A stretch of DNA of 64,000 bases. It comes from Nageia nagi. Lineage: Eukaryota > Plantae > Pinophyta. The DNA is taken from contig JBITNC010000001.1 of assembly GCA_050084985.1 (NCBI GenBank), forward strand, positions 202,182,001-202,246,000, written 5' to 3'. The position numbers were made by a program, and so were the translations under genes. Under the pieces are notes generated by a model. That model ran no database searches and was not told where the DNA came from. It saw nothing but the letters and a program-made list of their open reading frames with translations. Below, piece by piece: positions 54,801 to 64,000 of the stretch. How positions within the stretch are numbered: the stretch's first letter is position 1; each line of letters opens with the position of its first letter.

Positions 54801-57565
54801 GTTTGTGAAAAATATGTTAGATTCACCAATTTATTGATACTAAAAATTAATTTTATTGATAAATTTAATATCAACTATAATAAATGATAAATTTTAATTA
54901 AAGGGATAATAAATGGAAATTTTAATACAAAAGAGGTCTAGTTTCTTCAATACTTTTAACCTAACAAATTTGAATACAAATGATTAATTAAAAACTTTTC
55001 ATTTACATGTGTCATGGCCCAACCCATTGGGACCACAATCTTAATAGACCCTATTATTTACTATGTTGAATAGTTTGGTGTGAATGTATTTTTTCTTGAA
55101 CATTTGGTATTAAATTATCTTAGTAAATCAAGTTTGGCATGTACAAAGTTTGGAATTGTTTGTAGAATTTGTTGTTTAATTTATGAGTAATTGAATGTAT
55201 TTTTTAATATGATTACAATTCAAATACTCCTAATAAAATTAAATTTTGCAAGTCATGAAGTGATGGGATAGATTTTAAGATATAACATTGATAGCTTTGA
55301 ATAAGTTTTTCATTAGGATAATATTTTTGTATATACCTTTTACTTATTATTTATAAATTTATAGATCCACATACAAAAATACAATATAGGGGTATAAAAT
55401 AAATTATTTTAATAAGTGTTATTTATTAAAATATATGTCAAAATCCTATAAAAAACCTAAGCAATGGAAATTAATATTAAACCTAGAATTACTAAGTTAT
55501 AATCCTAAATATTTACCACTATCATATTACTTAAGATTATAATTAACTAACTCTAAATCTTAATCCATTTAGGAAAATTCAAGTGTGAAAGGGTTATAAT
55601 GTGATTAAGTGCTCATTATATTGTTTCCATGGAAAGAACATTAGTTAATATCTTGATAGAATATGTATTTGATTATTCACCAACTTAGTTAGATAAATGG
55701 AAAGGGGAGCATCTATATACATCAACCCTTGGATATGCTTCAAGAGGAAGCTAGGCATTTGAACTTAAAATTCTTTGTAATCTATTTTAGAGTAAAATTA
55801 AACCCAATCAGAAAGGAATCAAGGTAATTTTTGAGGAGAACCTAGGAGAATGTAGACCACCTATTGTCATGATTAAAAACTAGTTATATAGTTTATCTGT
55901 AAGTAAAAATCCATGTTGAGATGATGATGTATATCATGGAGGGTATTATAGGGTTTGCAAATTTGGTTTAGATTATCATCAATGTCTACAACTTCAATGA
56001 TTTATTCCTTCAGTTCATATAATACCCATGAAATATCATGAGTACTTTAAGTATTTTAAATAGGCCTAAGGTTAGTTCATATAGAGGTAGAACATTGGTA
56101 GAAAATTTACAAAATATCCCATGATTTCTATATTTTTGGGTGCAATTTGGAGGATTATAGTATTAGGAAATATGATCTCTTTTATTTCCATGATGTGGGT
56201 ATAACATGAAGGTATGAATAGAGTTGAAGAGATCTCATTAAGGATACCAATATTAGAGGAATTTAATGGTATCAATATTCAAGGTGATTAGAATTTTACA
56301 ATTTGATCAAGTAGGTGCTTTGTACTTCTTCTAAAGTACTATGAATAACTTATTATTATAATTTTTAAACTTACTTATATGAATGAACTTGGTTTCATTA
56401 ATTGGAGAGGGTTTGAATACCACCCTAACTAGGGATTATGAAGTTAACATGTATGATTCTCTAGGTTCCTTTATATTTGAATACAGGAACTTCAAAACCC
56501 TAAATTCATAATCAAGGTGTGAGCATGAAGTTATTTATTGATTAGAGTTTTTAGTAAAATTGAATTACATTTGTAGGAGATAATAGAGGGTCCTAGTGCC
56601 ATCCTTTCTTTGGCATTTCATAAGAGTGTTTACTCAAATAAAATTATGACTAGATATCATTTTACTTTAGGGTTTTATACTTGGTTGATTTCAAATTGGT
56701 ACACTATTTATTGGAAATTCATAGGGATTAGCATATTCCTCTATGTATTATGCTTCAATTAGGAAATGAAATCTACATAAATATTTACAAGTAAAAAAAC
56801 ATAGTTAAATTTTAAAGTAAATAAATAAGGTTTGTATATTCCCAAAATAATGCAGATAATAAAATCCATGATAAGCCATTACAACAAATGAGATTTACAG
56901 TAACACCCTGAAGTATTTCTAATATGGTAAAGCCTAAATATTGCATGTGATTTGTTCAATATGAATTTCATAGGATGTAAAAGCTTTCTATTGAAGTAAT
57001 TATTCATACCAGTTGATTAGATAAAACCTATGGTGATAGTTTCGTACCTTATTTATAAAAAAATTAATGATATTATTTGAATGATATAACAACTTATAGA
57101 AATCTTACTTATATAGCATGCTAGTGTTAAATAAGCGTATAATGAGATAGAAAGGTTTTTTTCCAAGTCCTTGATGAAATATTTCATTATGAATAGTAAT
57201 TGATAGGTCTAACTCATAAAAAAATATTTTCTTGTAGTAGCTATATTAATTATACTTAAGAATAAATTAGCTATATATCAAATGATTTTTGCTTGTTAAA
57301 AACTATGAATGTAGAAATAAGTTTACAAAACATTTTACTTCTTGGATAAGCATTGTTAATGCTTTATAAACCATGATTGAAACATGTGATAGATTAAATC
57401 AAATGCATATGATGTTTATTTTATTTTAATATATTTTATGTTTAATGATTGTAATGCTTTATGATGTTTACCTTATGCAATGGAAAAATTCAATACACAT
57501 TATGATGAAATATATGACTATATTAATTCTACATATTTTATTTTAGGATATCATGGATCATGAAA

Positions 57566-57979
57566 TGTTTGAATTTGAGTTGGATTATATGTTTTCCCAT
57601 TCATTATTTAAAAATGTGCTCAGCCCCTCATTTTGTAGAGTGAAATGCAACTGCTTTTTCCAAATAGGAACATGTTTCCCAAATGTGCCAACAATAATTT
57701 TTTTGGGTAGAGATTAATAAAAATTATTTATATGTATTTTTTATTGTGTTTTTCTTGATTCTATTGCAAGGATTATTTTTTTGATAGATTTTACTTTATG
57801 TTTAGAGTGTGTTGGAATTACTTGCAAGTATGGTTGATATACTTTATGAGTTTTGTAGCTCATGAGGCTTGCATGCCTCATTTATTATATTTTGGAAGTA
57901 TCCTTGGATAGTTGTAAATCAAGGTACTATATATATAGTACTTGTTCATTTGATGAATGTAATGAGATAAAATTTCTCA
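57566..57979 (+). repeat. Copia 5' LTR (414 bp)
   Basis: TGTTTG...TTCTCA; colinear with 62234-62646. Confidence 0.9.
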
Positions 57980-58119
57980 TTATGGTATTAGATCCAATAA
58001 GTTCTCTTGGATAGAAAAAGAGAGTGCTATGACTTTGTGAAGATTTATCAAGTTTTCATAAAAGAGTGATCCAAAAGGTCTAGTTGGAATTGTGAGGATT
58101 TTTTTGTTGATAATAGAAG

Positions 58120-61100
58120 ATGGAAAATGAAAGAACCAATATTTTTCCAATTCCATAATTCAGAGAAGGAAATTATGATTATTGGTCCATCAAAATGAAG
58201 CATCTACTTATAAGAAAAGATTATTGGAAGATCATGGAAGAAGTATACAATGAACCAACTGATTGGAATAATGTTTTAGTTAAAAATAAATAAGCAACCA
58301 TTGAGGGATGCATAAAAGAAGAAAAATCTTAAAATATTCTATTTGCAAACAACCTTGGATGAGAGTCCATTTCTAAGAATTACAAGTTTTTCTTCACCCA
58401 AAGAAGCATGGAAATCTCTAAAATATGGATTTAAAGGAAACATACAAGTAAAACAAGTGAGGTTACAAAATCTCAAAATTGAGTTTGAAAATCTCAATAT
58501 GAAAATGTTGAAGATTATTATTTGAAAGCCAAAGCTTGTGTGAACAAAATGACAACCCTTCATGAAGAAATAGAAAATGAAATCATTATGAAAAAAGTGT
58601 TGAGGATACTTTTTCCCAAATGGAAGCATGTAGCTATATTTGTTGAGTAGAGTATGGATATCAATACTCTTTATTTTGATAATATCATAGGTTATTTGAT
58701 GTATTATGAGGAGATATTTTCAACTCTAGATACTAGAGGAATAGAAGAAAAAGGATTTTCATCCAAAGAGGGTGAATCTAGTTCTAGTGTACAAGGAAGA
58801 GGACAAGGCTATAGTAGAGGAAGAGGAAGATATATAAGAGGAAAATGAAGAGGTGGCTTCCAAGGAAGAGGAGGCTCTCAAGAAAGAGGTATAGGTAATA
58901 AAAGTAATAAGTAATGTTACTGTTGCAACAAATATGACCACTTTGAAAGTGAATATGGAATAAAGGCTTCTAATTAAGGAAGAGTAAGTGCACATTATGG
59001 AGAGGAGGAAGAGTACTCCATAATTTTCTTTTCATATGAAAAATATGATTAAAACATGGAAGCAACATGGCTTCTTGATACAAGATGTTCCAACCACATG
59101 ACTGATAAGGGAGAGTTGTTCACCACAATGAACAATTCCTACAAGTCTAAGATAACCACTTAGAGATGTTCAAACACTTCATATCAAAGGTATAAAAGCC
59201 ATGGTGGTGCCCACCAAAGAAGGTAAATTATGTCTATCACATTCCAAATATAAAGCATACTTTATTAAGTGTTGGTCAAATATTGAAAAAGAACTACAAG
59301 CTTGTGTATGAAGATAACAAGTGTGTGATATATAATTAAAACAAATGGGCATAAGAATGCATCACAATTATTCAAATAAATAATAATAGGCTATTTTATC
59401 TCAAGTTTGGGGAACAAATCACTAGTTTTGAAAATATAGCTATTTATAACAAAAGTTACTTATGACACTTAATATTTGGACATTTGAGTTTTTAGGTTTG
59501 AAGATCTTGGTTTCTCAAGAAATGGTGTATGGTATTTCCAAAGTTGATGATCCAAAAAGTGTGTGTGAAGGATGTGATTTGGGAAAGCACTCAAGGTCAA
59601 AATTTCCAAAATAGAAAGCATAGAGAGCCTCTCATCCAATACAATTGGTCCATTTTGACATATGTTGACCAATGCAAACTCAAAATATTGGTAAAAAATA
59701 CTGCTTCCTCACTTTTATTGATGGTTTTTCAAGAAAGTATTGGGTTTATTTTCTAAAAAAAAAAGATCTTTTGGTTTCTTTCAAAATTTCAAGAATGATA
59801 TGAAAACAAAAAGTGGGCATTTTATCAAGTATTTAAGGACTAATAAAGGGGGTGAATATTGTTTACATGAGTTCTTTGATTTTTGTAAAAGTTGTAGAAT
59901 CAAAAGGTAATTAAAAAGTTCCTATAATATAAAATAAAATGGAGTATATGAACATAAAAATATAACTCTTTGTAATATGGCTATAAGGATGCTCCAAACT
60001 AAGAATTTGTCTAATATATAATAGGGAGAATCTATTACGACTTCCATGTATATTTTTAATAGGATTCTTACATCTAGTTTGGATGGAATAACACAATATG
60101 AAGCATGGTATGGTAGAAAAATAAATGTAACTAATTTAAGTATTTTTTGTTGCTTGGCCTGTGGACATTTTACAAAAGAACATAGAATGAAATTGGATCC
60201 AAAAAGTGAAGCATTCATATTCATAGGGTATTATGAAACTTCCAAGGCATGGAGACTCTATAATCCAAATACTAATAATGTTATTACATATATATATGTA
60301 AGTTTTTATGATGGGTAAGTATGGGATCATCAAAAACTCTACATATATGGTGATTCTTATGATGAAAGATATCCAAATATGCATGCAAATGTTCAGCCTA
60401 GCTAAGAAAGTTCTTTAAATAACTAGCCCCAAGTATAATCCAATGTAATTCTTCAATTAATCCTTCAAGTACATCATATGAGGTAACTCAAACTCCATAA
60501 AAAGTTAAAAGAATCCCTAAAATCCTCCTTCTTATCAAATATTAGATTAAAATTTTCATAGAAGAACTACAAGATCTCAAGCAAAATAAGTAGAGCAAGT
60601 TGTGCAAAAATTTAAAAGTTGCACATATATGATGATGAAAATGATGGTGAACTAAATGGAGATATTGTTAACTATGTTTTAATGTATATTATTTATGTAT
60701 AAACTTTATATTATGAATAAGATTGCAATTATGATTTATGTATAAAGGAAATATAAGAGGAGATGAACTCCATCAAGAAGAATGAAACATGGGAGCTAGT
60801 AAAACTTCCACAAGGAAAAAAGGTTTTAGGCTCAAAATGGATCTATAATAATAAATATAATGTTTATGGAACCATTTAAAGGTAAAATTTAATGCTTGTT
60901 TCCAAGGGGTTCACTCAAAAATATGGCATAGACTATGAAGAAACCTTTACTCTAGTTACTAGATAAGAAACAGTAAGATTGGTACTCTCTTTGGTTGCTC
61001 ACAAAGGATGGAAGGTATAACATCTTCATTTTAAAATTTATTTCTTAAATGGATATTTAAATGAATTATTATATGTGTAAAAACCTTAGGTATTTTAGGT

Positions 61101-62215
61101 AAAAATAATAAAACATTATGTATACAGGTTGAAGAAGACCTTGTATGGCCTCAAGCAAGCCCCAAAGGCTTTGTACTCAAGGATTGATGGGTACTTCCAT
61201 CAATATGGCTTCGTGAGGATAAAAAGTGATACTTACATCTACTTCAGAAACTTTGGTGCTGATATTATGCTTTTGTGTTTGTATATGGATGATCTAATCT
61301 ACATGGGTAGTAACTCTAAGATGAATGATGAATTTAAGAAAGAAATGATGTATGAGTTTGATATGAAAGACCTATGATTAATGCACTATTTCTTAGGCAT
61401 GGAAGTGTACCAACATAATGGTGAAATATTTATGTTTCAAAAAAATATTCAATTATATTTTAAAGAAATTTAGTATGGAAAATTGTAAATCCCTTTGTAC
61501 TCCAATAGGTCATAATGAGTTATTAAGCAAGGATGATGGTAGTGAAAAAGTTGACATGACCACTTGTAGGAGCATGGTTGGTAGCTTAACATTTATTAAA
61601 AATACAAGATAAAATATAAAATGTTTTGTTTCACTTATATATAAGTATAAAAGTGATCCTTTAGAGACTCATATGAAAGAAAAAAAGAGAATTTTCAGAT
61701 ATGTGAGAGGTACAACTGATTTTGGCATCCACTACTACAAGAGTGATGAGGTGAAGCTTGTTGGCTTTAGTGATTCTAATTAGGGAAGTGAAATTTATGA
61801 TATTAATTCTAAATATGAGATATATTTTAGTCTTATATTAGGTCTCATTACATGGAGCTCAAGGAAAAAACTAAAATGGATCTTTCTTCTACTAAATTTG
61901 AATACATTATAATCATAAGGGCTAGTGTCTAAGCATTATGGTTAAGGAATATATTTGAATAACTTGGTAAGAAACAAAGTGGTCCTAATTTTTTGTATTA
62001 TGATAATATGGGTGCCATAAAATTGGAACATAATCTAGTCCACCACTTTACAAGGAAAAATTTTGATATGAAGTATCACTTGATAATAGCTATGTTGGAG
62101 AAGAATATCATTGAACTTAGACACATCAACACACTTAATAATATTGTTGATATCTTCATAAAAAGTGTTGTGAAGAATTAAGTTTTCTATTAAGGAACAT
62201 TATCATTATTACCCT
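58120..62215 (+). pseudogene. Copia gag-pol pseudogene
   Basis: NYDYWSIKMK; SPKEAWKSL...VKQVRLQNL; knuckle CYCCNKYDHF; protease WLLDTRCSNHMT; IN KLDPKSEAFIFIGY; RT KKTLYGLKQAP and LYMDDLI; RH YYDNMGAIKL...KNFDMKYH. Confidence 0.95.
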
Positions 62216-62233
62216 CATCAATAAGGGGGAGAA

Positions 62234-62646
62234 TTTTATAATTTGAGCTTGATTCCATATTTTTCCATTCAATATTTTAAATTGTGTCCAACCTCACATT
62301 TTATAGAGTGAAATAGGACTATATTTCCCAAATATGATCATGTTTTCCAAATGCACCTGTAACCATGTTTCTAGAAAAAGACTAATAAAAAATTATTAGA
62401 TGTATTTTTTCTTATATTTTTCTTGATTTTACTACAAGTATTATTTTTTTGATGGCTTGTACTTCATGTTCAAAGGTGTTAGACTTAGTTTTAAGTATGG
62501 TTGATGTATCTTATGAGTTAGGTAGCTCATGAGAATTTTATACCTCATTTATTGTATTTTTGAAGTATAATTAAATGGTTGTAAATTAAGGTACTATATA
62601 TGTTGTACTTGTTCATTTGATGAATATAATGAGACAATATTTCTCA
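62234..62646 (+). repeat. Copia 3' LTR (413 bp)
   Basis: Follows the PPT; initial TG mutated to TT; ends TTCTCA. Confidence 0.9.
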
Positions 62647-63197
62647 TGAAGGATTAGATTTGTTGGAATATGATGCTTACCATGTTGCATTTTGAAGTTA
62701 AAAAAACTAATTTGTCTCTCATTTATATCTATAAAATAAAATAATATATAGTTGTAAGAATATTTAGTTTGTAACAAAGTAAAATATTATTCATTGGAAT
62801 AAAACTTCATAGAGAAAATCAATTCTCAAGTTGATGTGTAGTTGAATTATGAGTGTAGTCTAGATTTTCTATAATAAAGTATGTGATCTTTCAAAGACTA
62901 TACATTTTGCTAAATGTCTCATATTTTTTTGCATTTTACAATATAAGAAAAATTATTTCAATACCTTTACATTAATATATATTTTTTATATACTTTTTTT
63001 TAAATCACCATAGTACTAGTTATTTTTTATTAGACTATCCTACTTTGATTTTTACAATTACTATTGATGGGGTCTACTTTTGTTATAAATTAACAGATTT
63101 TTATTGATCCATTATCAAATCAACATATACCATTATAAATATATTTTTAATGAATTTATAATAATATAGAAAACTTTATACATTTTTTAATAAATAT

Positions 63198-64000
63198 TGT
63201 AATGATAACCCTTTATTTTTGAGGTATTTCTATTGTAGATCTATTATGAACATGCTAGATATTTCTCAAGACCTTGACAAGAGGTATTGAGAAATATAGA
63301 GTTCAAGGGTGGACTAAATTTCCCATGAAAATATGTATCCTATTAATTTAGGATCCTATGGATCATGTAGATGCATATAAGTTAGACCTTATATTATCTA
63401 TACCTATGAGATTTAATTTGTAGTAATGATATATTTATGGTATAGTTGGATACCAATATTATTTATTTTATCTTAAAATTACATGAGATATATATTTGAA
63501 TTATTATTATAACTAATTTGAAGTATTTAATTGTAGTAATTATGTCATGTATATTATATTAGATGAAAACTAGTACATGATTATTTATTCTAATGTTATT
63601 TATTATTTAACCTTAATTTGGTTTTGTAGATTGAGGCCTTAACATTATAGGTATATTTGGATATCATTGGATATTTGTTGTATGTGGTAGAGTTGTACTT
63701 GAGTGATCCAAGCTTAAGTATGAAATTTTATTTTGCTAATATTTCTTACTAATACTCCAAAACCCATTTTAGTATAGTATATAGAATATTATTTAAGAAT
63801 AGGAAGAATAGAGTCAACAAAAATATGACATATTTCTCCTTTGAGTAACTTACTTTTGTTGATTTCCATAACCTTTTGAAATGCAGAATGTATTTTTCTA
63901 TGGTCATAGTTTTTTCTTGGCATAGAGAACTAATATATTTATCTTTATATTGATGATTGATATTGTATTGTTACTAATCCATAAGCACTTTGGTAAGAGA
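63198..64000. mobile_element. Possible start of another LTR running out of the window
   Basis: TGTAATGATAACCCTTTATTTTTGAG resembles the start of the solo LTR at 10754 (TGTAATGACCCTATTTTTGAG). No second terminus visible. Confidence 0.3.

Larger units (their letters stand above)
57566..62646 (+). mobile_element. Full-length, heavily decayed Ty1/copia retrotransposon
   Basis: LTRs 57566-57979 and 62234-62646; PBS TGGTATTAGATC at 57983; PPT AAGGGGGAGAA at 62223; TSD TGAAA/TGAAG; gag-PR-IN-RT-RH order. Confidence 0.95.

Noticed and set aside
55700-56350. CACTA Tnp2 C-terminal-like remnant
   Set aside because: Only a faint resemblance requiring several frameshifts; cannot be supported without an HMM search.

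Overview
AT-rich eukaryotic nuclear DNA from a land plant; the long, old LTR elements and strong CpG/CHG depletion suggest a large gymnosperm-type genome (inference). I see no intact host protein-coding gene, rRNA, true tRNA or CRISPR. The window is a stack of nested transposable elements: (A) a non-autonomous gag-protease Ty3/gypsy element (3251-7803) with an unexplained 219-aa ORF where RT/RH/IN should be; a CpG-retaining non-TE island with splice signals just downstream of its 3' LTR (7804-~9300); a tRNA-derived SINE; a solo LTR with a perfect TSD; a LINE RNase H remnant; a copia-type LTR; a gag-only Ogre/Tat-like element (16046-25045, minus) whose 5' LTR is cut by a CACTA end carrying a PPR gene fragment; a chromovirus (31117-48966, minus) inserted into the integrase/chromodomain of another chromovirus, with a related solo LTR inverted inside its 3' LTR; and a full-length, very old Ty1/copia (57566-62646). 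I found no demonstrably new biological system. The best leads are the LTR-adjacent candidate spliced non-coding locus, the non-autonomous element with the unknown ORF, the CACTA-captured PPR fragment and the inverted LTR-in-LTR.
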